A stretch of 64,000 nucleotides of DNA. It comes from Owenia fusiformis (taxonomy: Eukaryota). How positions within the stretch are numbered: the stretch's first letter is position 1; the number at the start of each line of letters is the position of its first letter. The notes below the pieces were generated by a model. It was not told the DNA's origin and ran no database searches. It was given only the letters and a program-made list of their open reading frames with translations. A program made the translations under genes and the position numbers. Of the stretch, positions 37,799 through 49,309 are shown piece after piece. The stretch lies in contig CAIIXF020000001.1 in NCBI GenBank assembly GCA_903813345.2, forward strand, positions 35,526,001 through 35,590,000, given 5' to 3'.

Positions 37799-40774
37799 GA
37801 CTGAGAGTTGAAATGTTGGAGACATCCTCTGCTGTAGGGTCATTAAGAGGCAAGGTCCTGGAGAATCAAGAGTCCTGAATCTGCAGGGTTCTGGATCTGC
37901 AGGGTTCAGGAGCAACAAAAAGAGATAAACATTCTTGCTCTTGAAACTCCACAAATAGAGGATGTTAGAGTGAAATGTGAGAATCAAAATATCAATGCAA
38001 AAATGATGATTATACAATGTAGTAACCATGGACATCTCACCAAGTGTTAAAATCAATTTCTATAGGTAAATTCACCAATTTAGTTGTTGTTACAGCTATT
38101 GTGAATGTGATATAGGCAAAATGCTTTTTTATTCATAATCAGTGCAGGCATTGTTATGATATCATTATGTAATGCAGACAAACTTGAAATTAATAATTAA
38201 GAGGGGGTTAAGGGGGGATACATGGGGAACCAAATAATTAATGTACCCCAGCATTTGCCTATTGAAACAGTCAAATACTTTTGAAATGAGGAACACACAT
38301 TTGAATTATATGAATGCAAAGTTACCTTTAGTATGTAGGGATCATTATTAATTTTGTTAATCAAAGAACCACCAACTAAGAGCCGAGCTTAAAAATTAAC
38401 TGATATGATAGTCAAAGTAATTTATATTTATATTATAACATGTTGATTAGTATTATTGTAATTATATTGTAGTTTGAACTGGTTTCTACTTGTTTATGTG
38501 TAACAAGTTCATGATGAAATGTGATTATTGTAATGTGTTTAATTGCAATAAATCTAATTATTTTTGATATAATGAATTAACTTAACTTTTTGTTATGCTG
38601 TTAAATATAATTCAATATTCATGCTGTCATGTATAGAATACAAATGCTTTTGATATCTTTGCTGAATTATTGAACAAAGATCCATGTGTATATAAATAAA
38701 GTATATTGAAATGGTTGTTAATTGAAAATAAAAAGGACTGGGTAGGGTTTGCCAATTGATTTTAGACAGTTGTATCTTTAACAATAAATATTTTCTCACC
38801 ATTTATACAATATTTCTCATCAAAGTGAGATGTTTTCCTCCAAGTATGGTCCCCAGAATAATAAAATTATGAATCTGACTCTAACTGACATAGCACTGAA
38901 AATATGTTTAATATATTAAAAAAGAAAGAACTTCCTTTGAGAGAATAAGTCCAAAAATGTCTCATGATGGAGCCCTAAACAATGTTTTTTCAGGGAGTTG
39001 GATTGCTACATTTAATAACCTTAGTGTCTGCAACAATTGGTTTGGTTGTTATATTTCATCTCTGGTAAGTCACTCCATAGCATGTAGCCTACATGTATAA
39101 TAATATAAATAAATTTTTGTGACTGCAAAAAATATGATCAGTTTTCATATATGATCAAAATAAAAAGATGAAATTGTTCAACTTATTTTATAGGTTTATT
39201 ATCTTAGTATTACACCCCCTCCCACCCACAATAGTATTTAGGTAACCAGGTTGAATAGGAGGTTGAGAAGGGTTAATCTGGTGCAATGCTGGTGCAAGAT
39301 GTCCTTCATATATGTAGTTATCTTAGCAAAATACTGAATAATTATTTGCTTGTTTACATAGTTGTTCATTTGAGATTTTCTGTGTAAATGGTCCACCCCA
39401 ATCTCCTATTAATGCAGCATGTTCGATTACTAGCACCATTATGTAAATCTTGAATATTACGAGTAATTTAATAATTTAGCCGTGAGCTATAGCAAAGTCA
39501 ATGTACGTGTGTCTGTATGTTCATCAATATTTCAAAATATTACAAAATCATAATCTCGATACGAAAGGATAACGCTGTATTTCAGTATTTTGGCAATCCA
39601 ACATTTAGCTGCTTCAAAAATTGCTCTTTAGTTCATCACTTCATTTTTGCAAATATACCATGTGAAACTGCATTAGTCATCAGGTTTCATTAGTTCTACT
39701 GAAATACTCCAAGTTCATTTGTTTTTAGGCTTTTCTTTCTCAAGACAGATGTCATAAAAGCTAGAGAAGTGAAACGATCCAGGTTTTAAAATTAGCGCTT
39801 AATTGATTGCAAATGCTGATTGTAATTTAATTTTCAAAGCAAAAGATTTAATCCATTATTTGTAAAGAATTGCACTGATTTGAATAACCTCTGTTAGTAG
39901 AACACTTTTAAGAGTCCTAAGACCAACTGACCGAATGTTAAATGAAGCTACTGGAACACCTCCCAAGTGAAACACATTTTAGAATTTAGACGTACCAAAG
40001 GTGTTCCACTTCGAGTTTTTACTGTACCTAAAATTCATTCCATTAGTGTTGCTGTTAATAACTGTACTTTACTCTTCAACAAATCAATATTCTAAGCTCC
40101 CCTTTCACAATGGCTCAATGGATTATATATTTGAACAATTCAACTTATATTTATTCTAGAAATTTTAAGCGCCACAAATAGTATAAGTCTATAGCAACTA
40201 CATAAACGAAATTACAAGTCCTGAAAGGTACACAAATCACACTTTTCCAAGCATACATTTTAGTTGCACAAAGCAAGCATATGTAAAACTGCTTATCATG
40301 TACACATGAGGTAAGGAACTTTTATAATTAATAGCAAGAAACAGATAATTGACTATCAACTGCCAATATGGAGATAACAAATCCATATGCAGCATACCAA
40401 TCTAGCATCCGTCATATTGAATCAATGCATCATATCAAAATCAATATAAAAGCAGCCAAGTTTATATTTGAGTATTTGTTGCATTCCAAAGAATCTGCCA
40501 CATCTAATTAAGATCCTGTGCAACTTTTGCAATGCACGACTGTCTAGTAACACGGACTTTAAGAACTTTTACAGGTCCGTGCTAGTAACTTGTATATATG
40601 AGATCCACATGCAGGCTGTATGGTCAGAAGGTGCAATCAAGATAAACACATTTTCAATAGTGTAATGTATGTATGATATCAATATACAAACTTAATTTTC
40701 TTTCAATATGTCAATTAACATGTTTACTATTCCAGGATGGTGTTTCTCTGAAAATAACAACAAGTTACTTACTA

Positions 40775-42112
40775 ATGGGCCTAGCTATAGCTCAAGAAAA
40801 CAACATGGGTTTAATGAGGAGAAATTGTTCCATGAAGCGGGTATTCTTGATCTTGGCAGGATTGTTAGCGATACACATAGTTGTGATGACACTGTTCGAT
40901 ATATACCGACCACCCCTAACTGATTTCCCAGATAATGAACCTGGTTATGGAGACTGTCCTGCGTGTATAACTAGGCACCCTAGAAAGAGCAATTGCAAAG
41001 GATGTTTCCCTATCGCATACCCAAACATACTTAACAATGGGAAGATGTGCGAGACTGGGAAATCACTAGACTTTATGATTCTGATAGCATCTGAACCAGA
41101 ACATGTTAAACATAGAGAGGCTATCAGAGACAGTTGGGTATCTAAGAATGCAAAATATGAAAATGTTACTTTCAAATATGCTTTCATCATGGGGTTGGAT
41201 CATTCCAATAATACTGCAAATGCAAATGTATTAACAGAAGCAGACACCTCAAATGATATCATACAGTATAATTTTGTGGAACATTTTCGCAATGATACAA
41301 TAAAGGGAGTTCTAGCTCTAAATTGGGCTGTGCAGTTTTGTCAAAATGCCAATATTTTGATCAAAGTTGATGATGATGTATTTCTTAACATTCCTAACCT
41401 AAAGGACACATTAGACAAGACACCATTGGATAAAACTGTTGCAGGACATTGGCTAGCCTCCAGGGGCCCAGTGAGGACTGAAAAATCAAAGGCGTATGTC
41501 CCATATTCATACTTTCCTGAAAGTAGCTTACCTGAATACATCTCCAGTTCTATGTATTTGATGACATATGAAACAGCCGTGGAGGTTGTGAAAACTGTGC
41601 CTGACACCCCATTTTTCCATCTTGAGGGGGTATATATATCTTTCGTCATACATAAAATTGGTTATGGGGTGAAACAACTTGATGGTTTTAACAATTTCCA
41701 AGTACACCCCAATCCCCAATACTACTGCTCATGTCTCACTACCAGTCAGGAACTCGAGCCTGAAGACGTGACTATGATCTGGGATGGAATGCGGTTAGCA
41801 GGCTGTACTGAACAAAGGGTCAGATGTAAGACGTCTTATACTCCCTACATCGACGTCACCTGGTGCCGCTACTGGTGGTGGAGGCATACTATCTGGCTCA
41901 TAGCCAAATGGACGTTCATCATTACAATGTGTATTAATATACCTCTGGGTGGTCTATTAAACTACCTCGGCAGTAGAGGTGTGTATTTGAACGCCCTGCA
42001 TAAGGCTCTCTACTTGGGTGACACTGACGGACTAGTGGAGCATGCCAAAGATGGGAGATCGTTGAGAGATATCGTAAGCTCAAACCCACCCACACTCATT
42101 AAAAATGTCTAA
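40775..42112 (+). CDS. GT31-family beta-1,3-glycosyltransferase (B3GALT-like), paralog 1; uninterrupted ORF; start at 40775 or 40805
   Basis: N-terminal TM (VFLILAGLLAIHIVVMTLF) and GT31 motifs REAIRDSW, DIIQYNF, NDTIKG, KVDDD (DxD) and FHLEGVY. Probable splice acceptor at 40734-40735, so the ORF-track start at 40673 is likely intronic. Confidence 0.88.
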   Translation: MGLAIAQENNMGLMRRNCSMKRVFLILAGLLAIHIVVMTLFDIYRPPLTDFPDNEPGYGDCPACITRHPRKSNCKGCFPIAYPNILNNGKMCETGKSLDFMILIASEPEHVKHREAIRDSWVSKNAKYENVTFKYAFIMGLDHSNNTANANVLTEADTSNDIIQYNFVEHFRNDTIKGVLALNWAVQFCQNANILIKVDDDVFLNIPNLKDTLDKTPLDKTVAGHWLASRGPVRTEKSKAYVPYSYFPESSLPEYISSSMYLMTYETAVEVVKTVPDTPFFHLEGVYISFVIHKIGYGVKQLDGFNNFQVHPNPQYYCSCLTTSQELEPEDVTMIWDGMRLAGCTEQRVRCKTSYTPYIDVTWCRYWWWRHTIWLIAKWTFIITMCINIPLGGLLNYLGSRGVYLNALHKALYLGDTDGLVEHAKDGRSLRDIVSSNPPTLIKNV

Positions 42113-42927
42113 TGATCAGAATATGAATGTTTGCTTTTACATGTAGAATTTTGGAATAGAGTGGGGTAGATGTTACCATTAAAATGACAATCACGTCATT
42201 GATTGGGCCTGGGGACAAGGCACCAAGCCCAGGGCGATCACAAACCAGACAGTGGTCTTGATTCAAGCCCCAGCCATGTGATTCCACAACACTTGGGATC
42301 GAGAATGGCGGTCTGTTATGCAATTTATTAAGTTTTTATTGAAATATTCATCTGGTTCCTTGTCCAAGAGAATATGTTTTGATTGCAATGATTTAGATAA
42401 AGAAGACAATTTGATTTTCAGTGATGACTTAGATCTAAATGAAATGAGAAATAATCGCCATAGTTTTGCACACTGAAAATGGGTCGCTTTTGAATAATGA
42501 ACATTCTGATCATTCTGATTCAACTAAAACAAATGCAGTACTAAAATAGTTGAAATGCCCATACAGGTCTTTTATGTACTTTGCTAGAGCATTTTTCTGA
42601 TAGAACGTCAGGGATGTAATTTGTGTTCCAAAAAATAAATATTTTAAAAGCATATACAAAAATGTAGATACCTATTGTTATTCAACTGTACTTGGGAAGG
42701 ACTGGAGAGATATTGCCTCTAGACCTGTAAACGATTTGACAGCCAGTTGGCGAGCATAAACCATTTCACATTTGCTCGTGTGAGGCATTACAATTGGTAA
42801 GCAATTAATTGTTAAAGCATCCTTTGAAACATAGGAACTCATTTTGGTACATACATACTTCATACATATGTATTTCATGCATGCATGTTGGATTATTCAT
42901 AGGTGTCTGATAATGAAATAATGTAAA

Positions 42928-42935
42928 TATAAATA
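42928..42935 (+). promoter_or_regulatory. Candidate TATA box of the PAN-domain gene
   Basis: TATAAATA lies ~30 nt upstream of an Inr-like TCAATT (~42958) and 78 nt upstream of ATG 43006. The AT-rich background limits confidence. Confidence 0.4.
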
Positions 42936-43005
42936 ATACAAATAACAAAGTGTTGGCTCAATTTAATAATAAAAGGAGAAACAGTAAAGGTGCAAGAGCT
43001 GAGCT

Positions 43006-46000
43006 ATGTGGTTTACATCTTTGGTATTAACTGTTGTAGTCTTGCTCCATACATCTCTTGGTCAAGGTAAGTTGTTCCTTATACACAGCTATAACTAGAA
43101 TAAAATTGTTTAGTGTTGCGTTCGGTGGCAGTTATTCGAGGCTGTTGCGTCATAAATTTGAAATATCGAGAGGGTGATCAAATGGAGCTGAAACATATGT
43201 AGACATATAGGGATACAGGAATATGCCTGGTCTGCATGGTCCGATGTGAAGCCATCGATTCCAAGGCGTCTAATTTTTACAATGGGTCTTTTGATTTGGT
43301 AACTTTTGAACATAAAATATTTGACGTGGGTAAGCTTACTTGTCTCGCAATTCACTGGTGATCCACTCGATTACGCTGGTTACCAAAACGAACCGTTTCG
43401 GTAACAAAATGTCGGAACGTCGAAGGTACGATTTTTCTTTTTTCTTTATTTCACGCGTTGTAGGCAGAATCCCCACGACGTTTTTTCTGACAAGATATAT
43501 CAGTATCATATGTTTTAGAAAATGTACATGTTTGCGAAAAAATGCAGATCTTAACTGTTTTTCGAAAAACCGTTTATGTAACTTAAGTGAGGAAGTAAAT
43601 CGACGATTCTGTTGTCTTTTGAACTATTTTTTCGCAAATATGTACAATTTCTTAAACATATGATAGCCTACTGATGATACACGTTTGTGTTAAGAAATGT
43701 CGTGGAAATTCTGCCTACAACCATGCTACAACGTGTAAAATAAGGAAACGAGAAAAATCGTACCTTCGATGTTCCGACATTTTGTTACCAAAACGGTTCG
43801 TTTTGGTAACCAGCGTAATCGAGTGGATCACCAGTGCAATTGTACCGTCAAACGTGAATGGGGCAACTGTAACATTCAATTGAAAAACCTGCAACTTCAA
43901 CAATATACGTCAGAGTGTACTTTTTCCAACAGAGTGTGGGACGTATGTCAGGGTGTCTGACCAGAAGTACGTCTGTCTGACCAATCCATATGAACTATAT
44001 TACTGTGGGGCTGGACGCGCCATACCTTCCTGGTACAGCAATGGTCCTTCGAACCCGTGTGTATGTAGGGTTGTCCCGCTGCCGATATTACGCACCATTT
44101 GCCCATATCCCCCTGGCGAGGTACCAGAAACTACGGAACCAACAGCTCAACCTCCGTTCCTCGTACCAGCCCTGGGAACAATAGGTGATTTAGGTAAGGA
44201 TTTTCCTAAACTTCAACTAAGTGCCATCGATATTTCGATTTCTTGTCAAATTTGAATATGAAATTTATTCCAAGAGAAAATTATGGACAATGGATTATAA
44301 CCCTTACCAATCATTTACCAACAAGAAATACGGTTTTGTGCCATGATACTATAGTATTCATTGAAACGGTCAAAGCCGATAGCCCTGAATGAAGATTTTA
44401 CGTACTAGTATATATATACAGGTTATTTGACTCGAGTCAAACACTTATATTGGCGTTATTTAATGAGAGGGATGGAATATGAGTTTTATTCCGAGGGAAA
44501 ATATGATATTGGCCAAGGAAAACCTCATATTCCCGAGGGCGATAGTCCAAGTAGGCTAATATTTTCTTGAGTCAAGGAAAGAATTCATTATCCATCACGA
44601 CCATCTAACCTAGCATTTATTGCATAATATTTTTTCTGAAACTTATTTATTTCAAACTTTTGTATGTCATCAGCCTATTACCTAAACCCGATGATGGTGA
44701 TACAAAATGATACAATTGATCATTTAAAAAACGAGAAATCCCATGAATAGTTCTGTTACGGGATCTGGTACGGGATTTTGGCTTCGGGATCAAATACGGG
44801 ATCTAATACAAGGAAAGCATGTTATTATGGACTCAATTTTTATTTTTAGGATGTCCCGATCCGTTTTCCAGTTACAAAAATGTAAAGCGCCAACTGAGTA
44901 CACGCCACAGCCTACCACTGACAGGGTACCTAGGCTTCCTCACCCCCGAGGACGAGTGTAAGTTCCACTGTCTCTCGGTGGGAACATGTGCCGCGGCGAT
45001 GTACGACAGGGCCAAACAAGTATGTCTAGGATTCACCTCACAAGCAAAGCAAGACGAGAAGCGATCAGACGTTTGCTGCGAGTACTGGGAAAAACAATGT
45101 TGTACCGCTGATTTTGAAATCCCTAAGGCTGGTTCTGGTGGGAGCCGTAAACCTGGAGGTGAATCAACGACTACTGTGTCATCTCAAGGAGCTCAGCTGC
45201 CTAATACACCCGGAGCACAAATCGCAGGAACGCCTGGAGCACAATTCCCTGGAACTCCAAGGGCGCAACTTCCAGGTACGCCAGGAGCCCAACTTCCAGG
45301 TACGCCAGGAGCACAATTTCAAGGTTCACCGAGAGCCAAGCAATCGGATACTTCGGGAGCAGCACGTCTATTTCCTACAGGACCTCCACTAACAAGAACG
45401 AAACCTACTACAGGCGTTCAACCAAGAACAACCCCGCGTCCTGTTTTGGGTATAGCAGCATTCTCATCAGGTATTAGTCATGGCCAAAGCTTCAATTTTT
45501 CTATATATGAAATTTTGGCGAGGCAGGCTGCCTCATGCCTGGCTGGCTACGGCCATGGCCGTAAAATCTACTTAGAACAGCGTCAAAAACGGCTTCGAAC
45601 GGCGTCAAAAAAATGTTATTCGTCAAAAATGATGGAGAACGATTTCAAACGGCGTAAAAAATGAGTTTTACTGCCGTCAAAACAGTGATATGGCTGGCCA
45701 TCTGGACCAACGTATCGTCATACTTTTAACGCCGTAAAATCTACTTCTAACGCAGTAAAAACGATTTTATACACCGTAAAGAATTACTTTTAACGCCACT
45801 TAAAATGATTTTGTACGCCGTCAAAACTGATTTTTTAATAAATTACGTCTGGACGGACGTAATATTACGTCTGCATGGGCGTAATTAACGCCTACACAAC
45901 CGTAAACAAGGCGTGCATACATAGGGTAGGTTGGCAAACCATATGTGACTGTCTATGTGACACGTAAATTACGTACGTCTTAGCTGGCTGCCAATCAAAA

Positions 46001-46629
46001 CCAGCGTTATATACGTTACAGCGTTTTTGACGGCGTTAAAAGTAGATTTTACGGCGTTACAAGTAGATTTTACGGCGTTGAAAATATGACGATACATTGC
46101 TCCATATGGTCAGCCATATTAAAAATCAATTGGTGACGTTTTGTGAAACAAGAGTATGAGTTTGACAGTATGTTGGAAGCTATTCAATAGCACATTTGTA
46201 TATGATTTTTTGTAAACTGTGTTACTGTGGAACTTCCTAAACAGGCTATTAGATACTCAAACGGACACTCTCACCTTTCAAATTGTATATTTGTTTCTTT
46301 CTTCTGCTACTGTATTTTGTCTTCATATATTACTACTTACTCCATACATACCGTCAAAAAAGATTTTCTAGCAATTACTTTATTTCAATTCAGGTCTCCT
46401 GCTACAAGGCTATTCCCAGAGTGGGGGGAGATTGTTCAACAACATTGCCCCTATGACGGGTGAAATGTGCCTCGACGCCTGTAAAAACAGCATTGACTGT
46501 GAGGCCGTAGACTATCAGCAAACCTTCCAAGAGTGTTGGATACACGAGAAAACATCATGCACATCACATGGTCCTTCCCAGGAAAAGTCCACTATACATT
46601 GGAAGCGGCTCATAACATTCTGTCCATAA
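43006..46629 (+). CDS. Secreted PAN/apple-domain protein with Pro/Gly-rich repeat (392 aa). Exons 43006-43066, 43933-44193, 44850-45470, 46394-46629
   Basis: Signal peptide MWFTSLVLTVVVLLHTSLG. Three phase-1 GT-AG introns join an open 1179-nt frame. Two PAN-like Cys patterns: ECKFHCLSVGTCAAAMYDRAKQVC and MCLDACKNSIDCEAVDYQQTFQECWIH. Confidence 0.85.
43353..43836. mobile_element. Palindromic MITE, CACTGGTG family, copy 2 (5-bp TSD CAATT), in intron 1 of the PAN gene
   Basis: Same TIRs as 21686-22225. CAATT flanks both sides. Confidence 0.9.
44455..44720. repeat. Interspersed repeat shared with ~2160-2400
   Basis: Colinear similarity, e.g. TTATTTAATG...ATATTGGCCAAGGAAAA...GAGGGC and ACTTATTTAT...TGTCATCA...AAAATGATACAATTGA. 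Confidence 0.65.
45188..45355 (+). repeat. Coding 24-bp tandem repeat x7 (GAQLPGTP-like)
   Basis: Translation GAQLPNTP GAQIAGTP GAQFPGTP RAQLPGTP GAQLPGTP GAQFQGSP RAKQSDTS. Confidence 0.9.
45688..46119. mobile_element. Foldback/MITE in intron 3 of the PAN gene
   Basis: ATATGGCTGGCCAT...CGCCGTAAAATCTACT is mirrored by AGTAGATTTTACGGCG...ATGGTCAGCCATAT. Confidence 0.65.
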
Positions 46630-47368
46630 CATTTTTGTCATTTTCGCACATACCCTTGGGTTATAAAACGATGGCAAACAGTTTAGAATTGTCGAAGTAA
46701 TATGTTTGTAATTGAAACTTCGAGCTTGTAGTACTTGTGTTAAGTACTTTAAAATCGGGACCAAGATTTATAAGTGCGGTGACGTCTATAACAAATGGCA
46801 GGTGGTGACATTTTGCATGTTGGTGCCTTGTCTATAAATACGATTATCATTTTTGTTGGAAGAATTTACACATTTTCCCCTCATTTTGGCACTTCGAATC
46901 TTTAATAACTCCACCAATTTATAACATATCGTGGATCTTTTGGAAGCTATCAAATTTGACATTGTGTTATGTTTGATATTGTATAATACTACATACACAT
47001 ACTACATACACATACACATACTACATACATACTGTATGTTGCCCTTTGAAATGAGGTTAATGGTATAAATTATCATACCTCATTTCCAGAAATATTATTT
47101 CTTAGTATTTTGTTTTTTAGTATTTTTTAACCATAGTTTCGATATTTTTAAAGCTTAGAAAGTTTTTACAATTTCTGTTTCACTTTCTCAATGATTTCAT
47201 GAATGTCATGTTATCCGGAATCAAAGGTGGAGTAAAGTACAGCTAAACGTGTATACGTGTATATTAAATGTGAACACCTCCCAGTCTGAACACTTTTTCG
47301 GTCCCATATTTTCATCCCATTGACTCCCATGTTAAAAAAACTTGAAATGTGAACTCCTCCAAAGGAGT

Positions 47369-48062
47369 GGTATCGATATGGTGAACTTTTTGAACACACG
47401 TTTTTCTTAAACCAGTCATAAAAAAATCTAAAAATTTTACACATCGTCAATTTAATGGTCATCTTTTGAATGGTAATAATATAATTTGAAAAAAAAAAAT
47501 TTTCATCTATATTGTTTTAAAAAACACATCAAACACTTGATTTGTTCTTGGTATCATGTTTCCAGAGTGAAATGAAACATCTTTCCGAACCTCATTGGAA
47601 CAAAACGACATAAACACAACATGTTTAGGTCTCTCAATATTGTAATTGTACAAAGGAAATTTTGGTTGATTTTAAAAAGTATCTTGTTAATGAAATAAAA
47701 GGTTTATCTTGATTTTTATCTATTTTGGGGAGATTTTGTTTTACTTTTTGAATACTTTTTGTAAAATCAACCAAAAATTCCTTTGTATATAATATTGAGA
47801 GGTCTAAAAAGATGTTGTATATGCTATTTTGTTCCAACAAGGTTCGTAAAGACATTTTTTTTCATTCTCAAGAATTGGTAGAAAGGAGCAAAAACAATTG
47901 CACTAAAAATCAAAAAATGTTAACAAAAACAGTTATATAAAATATTTCTAAATAATTTTCGGATTAAATTGTTGTCAATCAGTCAACATTACATAACAGA
48001 ATGTTTTCAATGATTGGTTTAAGAGAAAAGCATTGTTGAATTCAGTTCACCATATCGATACC
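47369..48062. mobile_element. TIR-type interspersed repeat; second, highly similar partial copy at ~57083-57695
   Basis: GTATCGATATGGTGAACT...AGTTCACCATATCGATAC inverted ends. The first ~600 bp are colinear with 57083-57695. Confidence 0.75.
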
Positions 48063-49147
48063 TATCCTTTGAACAGTGAAGTCATATTTGAAAAATAAAC
48101 CTGTCTGGACAATTTTCATAAAATATCACACGTTTCATACAAAATTGCTCAAATATCTGAATATATAAAAGTTAAACACTCAATGTCATGATATCAATTT
48201 TTTTTGAAAAAGAAATTGAATGGTCTCAATCATATTGGGATTTTTCAGCATGACTAATCAAATTACCTAAATGCCATTAAGATATGTGGTCAAAGGAACT
48301 ATAAATATTTATTAAGAATGTGTGTTCATATTTCTTCAAAATCCAGAATAGCGTGATTGCAAAAGCCTCAAAATGTGAACACCTCCTAATGTGAACGCTT
48401 TCAACCGGTCCCAATGGTGTTCGGATTAGACAGGTTTTACTGTATCTAAGTTGTCACGCAGTAAAGTAGAATAAAAAACAATGTTCTACCTCTAACCCCA
48501 TATTCAAATTCTTGCCATTCATACATTGTATGTACTTTATATTGGCAAAGAACTACACAATAGAACGCTTGTAATTTAATTCAATCTATTGTATTGAATT
48601 CGAATCAATATCGGGGATACAGCCACCACCAAGGCATTAGCTACACGAAACTATTTGCGAGGTGAAGACATGGAAGAAAATAACATTTACTTTATTCAGA
48701 TTTCAAAATGGTACCCACATACCCATTAAGTAAAAAATAAAAATCGGGACATTCTTTAAAAATCGGGAGAAATCGGAATCGGGGTTTATTTTCTGAAAAT
48801 TGGGAGAAAGTCTAGATGTCTAGAAAAAAATCGGGGTTCCTAAATAAGAATTCGAAAAAATCTGGGTTAAATCGACAATTCGAAAAAAACACCTGCAGAG
48901 TCTAGTTATAAACTACATAAGAAATCGAACGAATGATGAAGATCATTTTTGGGAATACCTATAACAAGGCATGGCCTATGCTAACAATTCCCAACTATTG
49001 ATGCACTAAGAATAACACTGAAACAAAGATTAGGAGAATTTCATATAGGACAGGGTTATTAACTCCAATGTGTAAATATCCAGTGATTAAACACCGAGCA
49101 GCTTGTATCAAGCTCATCACAAACTTTTTAGGTATGCCCACCAAATA

Positions 49148-49309
49148 CACTGGTGATCCACTCGATTACGCTGATTACCGAAACGGTTCGTTTTGGTAAC
49201 AAAATGTCGGAACATCGAAGGTACGATTTTTCGTTTTTCCTTATTTCACGCGTTTTGTTACCAAAACGAACCGTTTTGGTAACCAGCGTAATCGAGCGGA
49301 TCCCCAGTG
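49148..49309. mobile_element. CACTGGTG family MITE, copy 3, internally deleted (5-bp TSD AAATA)
   Basis: Same termini as copies 1 and 2. AAATA flanks both sides. Confidence 0.88.

Noticed and set aside
40673..40735. ORF-track N-terminal extension of GT31 paralog 1
   Set aside because: It looks like intron sequence ending in a TTCCAG acceptor; downstream ATGs sit just before the TM.
45471..45664. Basic C-terminal part of ORF 44819-45664
   Set aside because: Read-through into intron and repeat sequence after the donor at 45471; splicing to 46394 restores the second PAN domain.
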